NCBI GenBank assembly: GCA_026936335.1
Contig: JAPMXV010000048.1
Span: 1-64,000 of the forward strand
Length of the DNA stretch: 64,000 bases
Direction: 5' to 3'
From: Mantamonas sphyraenae STR306
Taxonomy: Eukaryota; Protista; CRuMs
The notes beneath the pieces were generated by a model, which saw only the letters and a list, made by a program, of their open reading frames with translations, was not told the origin of the DNA and made no database searches. Shown piece by piece: positions 1 to 11,573 of this stretch. The position numbers were made by a program, and so were the translations under genes. The stretch's first letter is position 1, and each line of letters starts with the position of its first letter.

Positions 1-621
1 CTCTCTACACCAGAAATCAGCATCAAGCACATCATGACATGCATGCCTGGAGTTATATGCAACTCCACGCGTTGCCGTTTCAATGATACACACATGTGGT
101 CGTTTTCAGCGTCCAACGAGGCGACCTGGCGAGCGCGCTTTCTTCCACGCCGCCCAGCGACACCCTTCTCTTTCTTTCCGGACGGTGCGCTAACACGCAA
201 CGGACCACTGCCAGCCTGTTCGTTCCGTTCACATGAAAGGGTCCTCGATTTCAGTATCTGAAGGTCCTGGAGCCGCGCGTGGAGAAGCAGCGAGGTTTCA
301 GCCACACACTCGTAGGCGTTCCTTATTTGCAGTCCAAGCTGTTTCATATCTTTGTGAATTTGCACAATGTCATGCATCAGTCGGCTCATCACGGAAAACA
401 GTTGTCGGCTGAACAGATACGGTTGTATTGTGTGCAACAAAGCAAAAGTTCCAACCGCGGAGACGGTAAGCGGGAATGAATCTGTTTCCATGCTGTAATC
501 TTCACCGTAGTGGGCCGCCCTTTGTCATGTCACGCACCGTTTCTTCTGCACAACTCCCCTCCTTCACTCTCCCACACGCTGCCGCTTCCCTCCCACTCTG
601 CCCTGGTCCTCCCGCTCCCCC

Positions 622-1851
622 TCACACCCCTGTGTGTCTTGTTCCGCCCCCACGTCCCTTTGCACGTCTCTCACAGCCCTCGACGAACTGTGCGACCCAA
701 CCGCACACGCGCTGCAGCACCTCCATCTCACCCACGCGCACCCACCCTGCTCCTCCTCCTCCTGCTCCTCCTCCCACTGCCTCCATGACCAACACCGTCT
801 CGACAGCGTCGTCCACGTCTTCACTCCACAACCAATGCCACGCTGGTCTCCACGCTCTGGCAGTGGCCATTGTCCGCGCCGAATATGCGTCCAGCCACCC
901 CTCTGCGGTCAAATCCGCGTCTGCCCCTAGTCTCCGCAGCATGTTGGCCATCCTGACGTCGCCTCGCTGCACCGCGCGCATCAACGGTGTGGTTCTGTCT
1001 TCAAAGAACGCGTTCACCGACACGTTCAGCTCGCTGACCGCCCAGGCCACCGCCACTGCGTCTCCTCTGTCCACCATTTCCAGCATTGTCTTGACCATCC
1101 ACCTGTTCTCCCTCACTCCGTCCACGTTGCACAGCTCCTGGCTGTGGCCCAGGTACCACACGTCTGTGTTGCCGCCTGACAGCGCCTTGCCCAGCCTGTC
1201 CAGTCCGTCGTCGCCCACGCCGTTGTTGCTCAGGTCCAGCCGCTGCACCGTGTGGTTGTGCACGAGTGCGTCGCCGAGTAGCATGGCGCCAAAGTCGCCC
1301 ATGTTGTTTCCGTCCAGGTTCACTGTGTGCAGCCGTGTGTTTTCCACAAGGACTGCCGCCAGCACAACAACGCCACGGTATCCGATGTCGTTGTCCTCCA
1401 GACCCAGCACCTGCACACCGCGGTTCCCAATCAGCCCTACACCCAGTTTTTCCATACCGCTGTCCCCCAAATCATTGTTGCCCAGATACAGGCATGCCAG
1501 CGTGTTGTTCTTTCCCAACATCCGTCCCAATGCGCGTGCACCGTCCACACCCAGCTCGTTTGCCTCCAGATGCAACACACGCAGGGTGGTGTTGACACAC
1601 AGGGCGCTGGCAATGGATATCACGCCGCCACGTCCCAGTTCGTTCTCGCCGAGCTCCAACGTGTGCAACTGTGTCGAGCGACGCAGCAAGCGAGCGACTG
1701 CGCGTGCGTCGTGTGCAGACAGCAGGTTGCGTGACACGTCCAGGTCGTACGCTTGCTCTCTCCCCTCCACCAGAGCCTCGGCCTGCGCCTCCCAGTCTCC
1801 CTGTTTGCTCATGTCGATGGCTACCATGCGTTTTGTCTGCCGCGCTGTCAT
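622..1851 (-). CDS. RNI-like leucine-rich-repeat protein with C-terminal ankyrin-like repeat (host-like gene)
   Basis: Repeated 28-aa LxxLxLxxNxLGxxGxxxLxxxL units (e.g. NTTLRVLHLEANELGVDGARALG). Ankyrin-like TTPLMRAVQRGDVRMANMLRRLGAD follows. Confidence 0.85.
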   Translation of the reverse strand: MTARQTKRMVAIDMSKQGDWEAQAEALVEGREQAYDLDVSRNLLSAHDARAVARLLRRSTQLHTLELGENELGRGGVISIASALCVNTTLRVLHLEANELGVDGARALGRMLGKNNTLACLYLGNNDLGDSGMEKLGVGLIGNRGVQVLGLEDNDIGYRGVVVLAAVLVENTRLHTVNLDGNNMGDFGAMLLGDALVHNHTVQRLDLSNNGVGDDGLDRLGKALSGGNTDVWYLGHSQELCNVDGVRENRWMVKTMLEMVDRGDAVAVAWAVSELNVSVNAFFEDRTTPLMRAVQRGDVRMANMLRRLGADADLTAEGWLDAYSARTMATARAWRPAWHWLWSEDVDDAVETVLVMEAVGGGAGGGGAGWVRVGEMEVLQRVCGWVAQFVEGCERRAKGRGGGTRHTGV

Positions 1852-2964
1852 CTTGACCGCGGTTCAGTGATGGTGTGGACGAGACTACGCGCACGAAAAG
1901 CCCACCATGGCCGATTGATGCCACCTGTGCGTGTGGGTGCACACGTCTTCGACCCCCCCTCCGTGTCCAGCTTCGAAAAAATGCACAGATTCTCTGGAGC
2001 TGCCGCAACTACACTGACCTCCCCCAGTGTGCTCACCCTCACTGGACACTCTATTACACCCTTTCCAACCCCTACATCCACATGGGAGTCCTGTAACGAC
2101 CTGGATCGACGATGGGAACACTCTTTCCGTTTGTGATGAGCACTATGGCACTGTTTGTACGAAATTGGTGCATTATGTCCAAACCGGGTATTCGCATTGC
2201 CACCGCATCTCCCTCACATCCCACCACACCATCACCCCAGAGCACAATTGCACCGTCGTGTGAGACATCACACGCATCGATGGCACCCCTCGAGACTTCA
2301 TCCACACCACCGTGGACACTCTGAAAATGATAGTCCACCACGCCCACATCCCACAATGAGTGGAGACACCACCCCCTCCCAGGCCCTTCCTCCACCAATG
2401 TACACTGTAAAACTTTGTCCTCCTCCCACATTGAACCCACAGGGAACAACCATCTGGTGTGCAACGATCGAAACAAGCGACTAGCGACACAAGCCACCCC
2501 AATCACCAGATACCTCCTGCTCGTTCACACCTCGAGTACATCCTGTTTCCAGCAAGGTGAGCCATGTACTGCAATAGACGCGACTCCCACGGGCCTACCA
2601 AGCACTTTCCCTTCTCTCCACCATCTTCCTACTTTTTCCGTTCCCACAAAGCAGCCAATCACCCCTCCCTCTTTGCAAACCGTACATGAATCCACACCCT
2701 TATCCTATACAGGAGACTGCGTCTTGCTCACAGCGCAACTCAACCATCTCGCCGAGACATCAATATCACAAATTTTTTCGTCACACTCACCTCAACGACG
2801 CCCGACACATCGATGATGAAACCACCACACAACACACACACACATATACACTTGTTCATTCTACGCGTTTTGTGGTCATTCCCATTTGGTGCACGTCTCG
2901 CGTGCAGGGGCGACGAAATCCGGACGTAGCATCATATACCCGTCCGTGCAGCATGGTCATTCTG

Positions 2965-5900
2965 TGAATGGTGTAGAGCACGTCGTCCATGTGCTTTCTG
3001 TGCCTGCTTCGGCCTCGCAATCGGTAGCTTTGAGCAAGAACGAGCTCGCTGAGAAGGTGGCTGCACTATCAGGCACGCTGTCACGCGGTGAACCCATGTG
3101 CTTGGCGGGGTTCCGCATGCAGACCAGCCCGTTCGAGTTTGGGTGTCTCTGCCTCCTCTGGACTGCATCTCAGCGAGCGTGTCTGCGCCTTTTTCTGTTG
3201 CGCGGGCCTCTCCTCTTGAAGGAGGTCTCAGAGGACACGAGCATCGTATGGGTCGTCTATGCTGCGATCTTGCAGCGGAGAGGGATGTCGCTTTGTCTGT
3301 TGCGGTGGAGATTTTGCTGACGAGGTGTTCTCGAGATCCATTGTGGTCTGTTGTTGCGCGCTGAAGGCAGGACTCGATGTCCATGTGCGAGGTGCAGGTG
3401 TGATGTAGGTGAGATCACCTGCGAGCTGGAGCCACCTGATAATCTCGACCAGGAGGGTCTGCATGTCAGGGGGTAACTGGGTTCTCCGCGTCATTTGTCG
3501 TTGTTGTTTTGGACCAGCCGGCGCAGTGCAGGGATTGCAATCCACGTCTCTATATCCGCAGCATGGAAACTTGACTGTGTGTGGATGGTGTGGTGTGCTG
3601 GCGACCGATGACCAGAGCGAGTGGTGCAGGGTGGTGCGGTGGATCGGAAAATCATCCTACTAGATATCGGCATAGTCATTCCAGGGGTCTGTCGGCATGG
3701 GCGGATGCCTGTTTGTGGCCAGCAGTCCTGTTCTGTTGGATGCGTCGTGTTTGTGGACACGGAGGCGCTCTTGTTGCGCAGAAAAAGCTGGATCATCGAC
3801 GGGAGGAGTTTGTCGGTGACCGTGTCCCAGCGCTCGCGGCAGTCAATCAAATCGTCGTCGTCGTCCGAATAGGAAGGAGGGACCCAAGGGAAGGGGAGAT
3901 CTTTCAGGCGGGAACGGAGGGCACGGTAGTCTGCGGTGCAGCGAGAGTACTCACGATCAAAGAGAACCGAGCCGAGCTCCACCACGTGGCCTCGTACGGA
4001 AACAGCTTGGTTGCGTCGATGGTGTCTTTGCCTTCCAAAACGGACAAGTACTTGACTTCTCTGGGCACGCGAGTTTTGGAACGCGAACGGTTTGCGTTGT
4101 TTGACGCGCGGCTCTTTGTGAGTGCTTTGAGAGTGCTGTGGTCGATGAGGTTTGCAAAAACGTGCGGGAGGTTGATGATCTCCCATTCGTGGAGCACTGT
4201 CCCTTGCACGCGTGTGGAGGGCCAGGAGTCCTTGCGGAGTTGCTGCAGGTGATCCAAGGGTCCATTGGATTCTGTGTTGCCAGCGGAGCCATGGCGGTCT
4301 TCCTCGTCGGACGAGTCCTCACTGACCTGCGGATGGGGGGAAAGATTCTGCAGCCGCCAGTGCAAGAGCCAGGCAAGTTTGAGTGCGAAGCGTGGGTACA
4401 CGTAGTGGTTGCGCACAGTCCAGGCCCTCTTCATACGAGCACGCCATTGTCGTGGTTCCATGATGAGGACAGATTCTTTGGCTGTGTCATAGGTGAGCAG
4501 GGAAAGGCGTTCTGAGCCATCAGGGCGGCGTCGAGATTGGCTGCAACAGGGCAGGTGGCCGGACAGAAGGGTTGTTGGCCATCCACGCAAAGGCGCAGGG
4601 TGCTCGCTGTTGTTCAAAGAGGAGCTTGAAGCGCGACCCGATGGCTTTGGATCCCACAGAAGAAGGCCGGCGTCGCTGTCGAAGCAGTGGATCCAAAGGA
4701 GTGGGGCGACAGATGCTTGTGTGTTCGGTTGCCGTCGATGTCTTGTGCATGTTGCTGCTGAGATAGGCACGTGGCGACATCCAGGCGGTCGCCGCAAAGC
4801 GGTACACGGCATGTGCAGCCAACTTGGCGACTTGCTTCTTCTGAGCGATGTGGTGGACCCATGAAACATGTGATAGCTCGGGCAATCGGCACGCCGTGGT
4901 GGGGGCTGCTCGGTCCGATCGAATCAGGCACTGTACACAATAGTCTGAGGTGACACTGTAGCCGTTCATGGCTTTGACATTGTGTTCCCACGCGTCGTGC
5001 TGTCGTTCGAGCAAGCCAACCAAGGAGTTCCGCCAGGCCTTGCGCAGCACTGTTCGCTCGCAGTCGTTCGTGTTGGCGGCTGCAGCGTCCTGATCTTGCT
5101 GAAAAGCGTGTGCATGAAGTTCATGGGCACGATGTAGCTCAGTTTCCAACAGAATTTGGAGCGGTAGGGGGTAATCGTGGAAGGGTTCGATGGACTCGAG
5201 CTTGTCGAAAACGGGCACGAGGACGTGTTCTTCCACGTCTTTGTACCAAGCGCCAAGTTTGCACAGCGGGACTACACCCACAAATGCCAAGCACGTGAGT
5301 ATGGCCAATTCGTCCTCAGACGCGCTGTCGCTCCTCGCCTGGGAACGAATTTCATCCGCAAACTGGCGAGCCTTTGTCAGGTTCTCCTGGTGCTCAGCAG
5401 TCACCCGCTGGGCAAGCAGAGCCGCCTTGCAGAGGGTCTGTGGATTGGTGGTGGCAATCAGACTCGAGCGCATCGACGGGAACTCGCGAAACCGTGTTGC
5501 GTTGGCACCGTGTTTGGGGTCCATCCAGAAGCAGATTAGTGTCTCCACAATATCGACCCTCTCCTGACTGTTGTTCTCAAGAAACGTTTGACAGTATTTG
5601 TTGATGACACTCTCTGGCTCAGAGGTGAGTTTGCAGCTCGAACCATGAACCCACAGCGGCTCCTTTTTGTTGCCTCCACGCTGGTGTAAAAGCTCTTCAA
5701 TGGACGACATCCAGTTCTCTGCGAGCGCTTCCAGTGTCTCTCTTTCCTGCTCATTCTCTTTGTCCAGCGAGAGCAGCTTGGCCTGAACAAGGGTGGCTGC
5801 CTCCAGCTCCACGCTCATCAAACGTCGCTCGTCAACTTCCAAAGCCGGTGTGCTGTCAATGCGAACATCCGTGAGGTGGAATGCAGGTCGAATGATATTG

Positions 5901-6762
5901 CGATTCATACCTCCATAGTAGGTCCAGGAGTGGCACCCAGTGTGTTCCCAGAGCACTGTGAGCGGGATCAGCCCCGAGAAACTTGCATAGACCACCAAAT
6001 CCCACTGGGCTGAAGACATGTTTGATGTACACACATATGCACTGTTGACAAATTGCCTCAATTTCTCGTAGGAGGTAAGCAGGGGCTCGGGAGGCGGGAG
6101 GTCCAGTGATGCTGAGGCGGCCGCCCACACGAGCGCTTTCACTTGACCAGGGGTTACCTCGCCGCCTTGATACTGTTGAAAAGCGGCAACTAGGTTGCTC
6201 TTGGGGTGCTTAGCATTGGGTCCTAGGTGTGTGAGCTCGTTCTTGTTGATATCTTCGATCAGCTCCAAGGTGATGCTCTCGTATGTGTGCTTGTCAGGCA
6301 GCTGGTGCTTTGAAGGTGAAGCAGGGGCCTGTTGGTCACCATTGGGCTGCAAGTAGTGGCGACGGGCACAGGATGTCCACACATGCGCGCATTCGGTACG
6401 TGTGAGTGCATGACCTGGGCCGGGATGGAGGTTGCAAGAGGGGAAACCCACCGTGCCGTTTGGGTCTCGGAGCTGGAGCTGGAGCTGGAGCTCGAAGATG
6501 CAGATGGGGTAGACTCTACCCGGGACCGCTTAGGTGCGTGGTCAGTTACAGGGTCAATGCTCTGCGGCTCCTCTTCTTGCTCTTGTTCTTGGTCCCCGAG
6601 CCGGATGGGCACTTGCTGCGCAGCCACCTGGACGCCAAATCGGCCACCCCCCTTGCGTCGCTGGTGCTTGGCGGACCTCTTGCGTTTACGTGATGCTGCA
6701 GGTCTATCTCTACGATGTGTGGCTCCCCAAACATTGCCCTCCTGTTGCTCACTGTTCTCCAT
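2965..6762 (-). CDS. Large orphan protein (>1000 aa when frames are joined); NLS-like N-terminus, CxxHx4Hx6C motif, duplicated internal helical domain; 3' end uncertain
   Basis: Fragments 6259-6870, 4520-6451 and 3904-4869 correspond to one 972-aa ORF in the other arm (60631-63549); 3491-4186 and 3228-3545 appear to continue it. Likely start MENSEQQ at 6762. Confidence 0.6.
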
Positions 6763-6904
6763 GGAGCAGAACAAAGGGCGGCTTTGGTGGGTTCTGCGCA
6801 ACTTGCTTGGCCCCTTTGTCCTCTTGCTCAACGTAATCAACGTATCGACGACGGAGCCCACAGCGCCCACGACTTGTGTGGTTCACAAGGAGGTGTACAC
6901 CTTT

Positions 6905-7262
6905 CACCCAATCAAGGTGGTGGGCCTGGTTGGACCTCGCCCGGGACCACTCTCATCGTCGGGTTCGTGTCGTTTCGCTCACCGCTTTCGATATCAGTGA
7001 GTCCTGGACCAAGTCCTGGGAGGACAGTTCCGCACATGTACCAACACACTCTTTGGTCACACACACTGTGGATTGTGATTGGTTTTGCGATGAAGCCTGG
7101 GCCCGGACCAGGTCCGGACCCACTGGTCATCGTAAAATCGGGTGTATTTTGATTTTTTGGCTTTTCATTTCACCTCATCAATTCGTGTGACTGGAGGTTT
7201 CGATGAAGGTCCAGTCCGGACCAAGTCCGGGACCACGAAACAAACCACAAACAGGGACCATA
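6905..7262. promoter_or_regulatory. Cluster of palindromic CGATGA...GGACC/GGTCC...TCATCG boxes between divergent genes
   Basis: 7083-7137 reads TTTTGCGATGA-agcctgggcccggaccaggtccggacccactgg-TCATCGTAAAA (11-bp inverted arms, 1 mismatch). Related boxes at ~6925-6960, ~7000-7022 and ~7198-7240. Confidence 0.6.
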
Positions 7263-7465
7263 CATGGACTACTGGTTGACAGATGGATGTGTCGACCTGT
7301 GTGGGCATGGAGGAAGCTCTGAGGGGCGTGGGAGCATCACTGTGGCCCTGTCGGTCCAACTTGGTCTGCAGCTCGTGGTTGCCCCGTCTGAGGCAACTCA
7401 ACGCGATTGCACTTTGCACGTCACAGTAATCCGCTCGATCACTCACAAGACGCAAACAAGCAATC

Positions 7466-10092
7466 ATGGACATCGATATCCCGGAAATCGACCCTGTCGA
7501 TGAGAGTGTTGGTGACATTGTCCTGGCAGACGAAACGAGCCAGCCCGATGCAGGTTCACAGCCCCACGACGAAGAAGGGCGCAAACGTGCACGTTCAGCA
7601 AGTATTGAGGAGTCGTACCAGGAGGACGAGTGGATTTCGACAGTTGCAGCGGCACTGCCCCAGCCAAAGAAACAGGCTCGCATTGACCTTGGTACGTGCC
7701 CCCCAAACGTCCACACACGGTTCCAAATTACGTGGTTGGTAAAACATAAAACACCTCTACAACAATAACTAACCCCCACGGGCATGGCGCATGGACGAAG
7801 TAGACGCGAGCGCCGTTTCAGACTCGACGCAGCACCTGGATCAGCCTTGCTCGTCATCCGCATCGGCTGGAGATGTTTGCAGAGCAACAGAGAGGCCATT
7901 GAGCAGGGATCAGAGGGAGCTTGTCGATTTGATAGTGGCCGCGACGCGAAAGAAGGACGCGGTGGGGCTTGTGATTGAGGCAGTGCCGGGTGCGGGCAAG
8001 TCGACTGTGATCAGGGTTATTGTGAAGGAAGTCCTCAGAGAAGAGGGTGGAGAGAATCGGTGGACGACCGACCGAGCTCTGTATGTGCTGGTGTTCAACC
8101 GCGCCAACGCGAACGATTTGAAGGAGGCACTCGAGCGAGCTGGAGTCAAGGTGGCGGCAAAGCGGAGTGACGATGGTGTGCACGTGTGCACTTTCCATTC
8201 CAAGGCCATGAGCGATTTGGGCAGTCATGCAAAGGGAGCGGTGACGTTTGATTCGAGCTCTTCGAGCTCGGTTCTTCCGAGATACTTTGTGCAGGTACTG
8301 TGCAGAGCGAGCGCTGACATGCAACAGGGCATGAAGATCGACGATGAGCGCATTGACTCGTACCTATGCGAAAACGTGACCAAGCTTACGAACGAATTTG
8401 TCAAACGAGCCGACGCGTCCAAGGCAAGCACCAACAACCAGGAAATTCGGGACATGTGTCAGAGACACTACCAAAACATTGTAAAGTTTGCCAAGCCTGT
8501 GTTGACACAGTGCTGTCAGCAGTATGCGCCGCTGGTCAGGAGCGTCGAGCAAAAGGTGCTGCGAACGCTGGTTGAGTTCTACAGCCAGGCTTGCATGCAG
8601 ATGAACATTGGCAACGACAAGAGTGAAGTATACCACATGATCAACACGGAACGCAATCTGCGCACTCACTCTGGACTGGAAAAAAAGGCGCTTGGGGCAG
8701 AGTTTGAGCGGGGCGTGCTGACCGAGCTCGTGTGCCTGGTGCTGAAGCCAGCCGAGCTGTTTGCCAACAACATGACAAGCATTGTGTCAATGCCAGATGC
8801 GGTGTACGTGGCAAACATCACAGGCGCAGATTCCTTGCCGCAGAAGCACATGGTGGCCCCTCTGCTCATTGTGGACGAAGCACAGGACTGCACTCCCGCC
8901 ATGATCGAATTTGCCCGCCGCATGACGGAAAAGAAGGGCAGCATACTTGCAGTGTTTGGCGACAAGCGCCAGGCCATCAACCTGTCACTAGGAGCGGCAC
9001 CAACGGCGCTTGCCACTCTGAAAGAGGAAGCCTCGAACCAGGGGATGCGAACGAACACCCTGGAGCTGAAACTCACACGTCGCGTGTTTTCCAAGATGGC
9101 ACCAGTGCTGGAGACGTTGGGCACCCCAATCGAGTTTGACAAGGACGTCGTTGCGCAAGGTACGTTTGGGCCGCGCGAGGAGCTGCCCCGAGCGACCACG
9201 GCAGAAAACGATGACCTATTGATCGTACGCAACAACCAGGAGCAGTGTGTGTTGCTGGCTGTGTACGACCAATTCTTCCTTGCAGACAATCGCGGCCACG
9301 AGTACGCCCAAGTTTGCACTGAGCTCCAGTGTCGGTGGAGCAAACACGGGGGCTCAGAAGAACATACGAATGTGGAAGAGTGGCGATCTACCGCGCAGGG
9401 GTTCGTCGAACGCGAGTTGCAGGTGATGCTCGACCCGAAGAAGTTGCCGACACGGAGGGCGTTGGCCGCACAGCCGTGGTCGGTCGCTTCGACACTCGCC
9501 AGGACGTCCAGCAGTTCTTCAGGAGCATCAGAGGTGCGAACCGCAGGGTGTCGATGATGTTGCGAACTGTGGCTCTTGTGCGAGGGTGGCGGTACTTGCA
9601 GCGGGATGATCTCGTTCATGAGCAGGGGGTACACGAACTCCAGCAGCGCTTCAACGACTTTATGCACGCTCCAGCAGACGCCATGGATGGCAACGGACTC
9701 TTCAAGATCCAGATCTCGACGGTACACAAAGCTAAGGGGCCGATCGCGGGAATGTGCACATCCTCGGACTCGTTGACCTGTTTGCCAGCACGCAAGGTAA
9801 CGCGGACGAGTCGTTGAACCTCGTTTACGTTGCTTTGACTCGCTGCAAGCGTGGGTTGTTTCTCTACCCGTTGCTGGATGTCGACGAAACTGACGATGAA
9901 GACAAGCTCTGCGAGACGCTGAGCAAACAGACCAACGTGAGAATGTTGAAGGCCCTGGATTTACTCATGCAAGGATCCAAGGCGGTTGAAAACGAAGGCT
10001 ATATTGGGCCCACCACAAAGACGTTTGTGGCTGCACTCCGCAAGGCCATCTCTCACAGAGAAAAACAAAGCGCGGAGATGATTGTCGAATGA
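7466..10092 (+). CDS. UvrD/FBH1-like superfamily 1 DNA helicase; two exons (7466-7691, then from 7801 or 7804); two 1-bp frameshifts near 9432 and 9739
   Basis: Motifs AVPGAGKST (I), LVFNRANA (Ia), CTFHS, LIVDEAQD (II), FGDKRQAI (III), STVHKAKG (V), LVYVALTRCK (VI). Intron with GTACGT donor at 7692, ACTAAC branch point and phase-1-compatible AG at 7800 or 7803. Confidence 0.88.
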
Positions 10093-10192
10093 ACGTGCCT
10101 CTGCTCTAGTGTATTGTAGACGATGCCAAACACCGCATTGTGGCTCCATGGCTTCAGACACTGTGAGCCAGCCCATGAGCGTTCGACCAACT

Positions 10193-10549
10193 GGTTTTCA
10201 CGATGAAGCTCAGGTCCGGACCCCGGGTCATCGTCAGGAACCACCCAAGGTCGTGTGGCGAAAAAAAAAAGTTGTATATATATACCATCCTATGAATTTT
10301 TTTTTTTTTGGAGAGGTGGGGTGGTCTTGCCTCGGCTGGGTGAGAAGTGTGGTTTTCACGATGAAGCTCAGGTCCGGACCCCGGGTCATCGTCAGGAACC
10401 ACCCAAGGTCGTGTGGCGAAAAAAAAAAGTTGTATATATATACCATCCTATGTTTTTTTTTTTTGAGAGGTGGGGTCGGCTGGGTGAGAAGTGTGGTTTT
10501 CACGATGAAGCTCGAGTCCGGACCCCGGGTCATCGTCAGGAACCACCCA
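10193..10549. repeat. Tandem repeat (units start 10193, 10351, 10495) of a palindromic box plus A10/TATATA/T12 tract; candidate replication origin
   Basis: Unit: GGTTTTC-ACGATGA-agctca-GGTCCGGACC-ccggg-TCATCGT-caggaaccacccaaggtcgtgtggcg-A10-gtt-GTATATATATAC-catcctatg-(aa)T12. Confidence 0.9.
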
Positions 10550-10710
10550 TCGGTGAAGATGTCCAAGGTCATGTGAACAAAAACTGTCTGTATCGTATTG
10601 TTGTGGTGTTGTATTGTACTTTGGTAACGTTAAACCAATTGGTAGTCTCGCGAGCAGATGTGCCTCGCAATGCTCCAGCTGTGCCAAGATAACGTTGTGT
10701 AGTTCGCCAA

Positions 10711-11319
10711 ATGACCCATCAGTCAATTAAAGGTGATTCTGAAAACAAGTGCTCTGGTTCGATGCCGAGTGGTGCAATCGGTTCGTTGAACACACCAACG
10801 ATGAACGATGGCGATGATGACCACAACATTGTTGTCGATGACAACGATGCAGACTACCGCAGCGGGTACGAACTGGAAGAAGGAATAGATGATGAGGCCG
10901 AGGAAGATAGGGGTGAAACCATCAGTGGAGTAGGGGGGTACGGGTTCCGTTTTATTGATGACGAATTTGAGGAGGAGGAGATTATGGACTCGGAGGAGGA
11001 GGAGGAGATGAGGCAGTTTATTGCGGATGACGACGAGTTTTTGGAGTGCATTGAGCTTACAAGCAGTGACGAGGAGGACGAGAACCGTTGGACGAGTGAG
11101 GAAGATGAGGACGATCAGTGGTACTACAACGAGGGGTCTGATGAGGAGGACAACTACGGCTATGCCAACTGGAGTGACTTGGATGTGGATGTTGACGATT
11201 TAAACAGCTCATGCTACTCCGGAAGCGATGTGGACGACTCTGGAGATGACGATGACGAGATAATTCTCCCCCGCCGGCGCAACCGACGTTCCATCCCAGA
11301 CGATGAAGCAGAAGCATAA
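10711..11319 (+). CDS. Small highly acidic (D/E-rich) protein with basic C-terminal patch; true start may be 10801
   Basis: Acidic ORF containing FIDDEFEEEE and FIADDDE, ending PRRRNRRSIPDDEAEA. Identical in both arms. Confidence 0.75.
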   Translation: MTHQSIKGDSENKCSGSMPSGAIGSLNTPTMNDGDDDHNIVVDDNDADYRSGYELEEGIDDEAEEDRGETISGVGGYGFRFIDDEFEEEEIMDSEEEEEMRQFIADDDEFLECIELTSSDEEDENRWTSEEDEDDQWYYNEGSDEEDNYGYANWSDLDVDVDDLNSSCYSGSDVDDSGDDDDEIILPRRRNRRSIPDDEAEA

Positions 11320-11442
11320 AAAGAAGGTGGGCTTTATAATTTCCTTGTTCTTGACACAGTGATGCTAAACAGTACGGGCACCAGCTCGCAAAAGTCAGCC
11401 TAGCTGGCGTATGTGTGTGTGTGATGAGTTGGTACCTCCTGG

Positions 11443-11490
11443 TTGATGAAGCAGCGTGCAGGACCAGGTCCGGACACCAGCGGCATCGGT
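11443..11490. promoter_or_regulatory. Degenerate copy of the palindromic box upstream of the UL9-like gene (mirror at ~56010-56058)
   Basis: TTGATGAAGC-agcgtgca-GGACCAGGTCCGGAC-accagcgg-CATCG. Confidence 0.5.
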
Positions 11491-11573
11491 TGGAGCACTC
11501 GATAGGCGAGTATGTTTTCCTGTTCGTGATGCGCCGTCACCCCCAACCAATCAAGATTTCGCTCAGTGGGGAT

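Noticed and set aside
476-1870. 464-aa plus-strand ORF and other long antisense ORFs (e.g. 28412-30601, 17282-18241, 8666-9727)
   Set aside because: Shadow frames opposite well-supported genes, with low-complexity S/P/R-rich translations.
2072-2760. Possible minus-strand gene upstream of the LRR gene
   Set aside because: Only a 144-aa ORF without motifs; exon structure cannot be resolved.
10193-10549. CRISPR array interpretation of the repeats
   Set aside because: The intervening sequences are themselves repeated rather than unique, there are no cas genes, and the context is eukaryotic.
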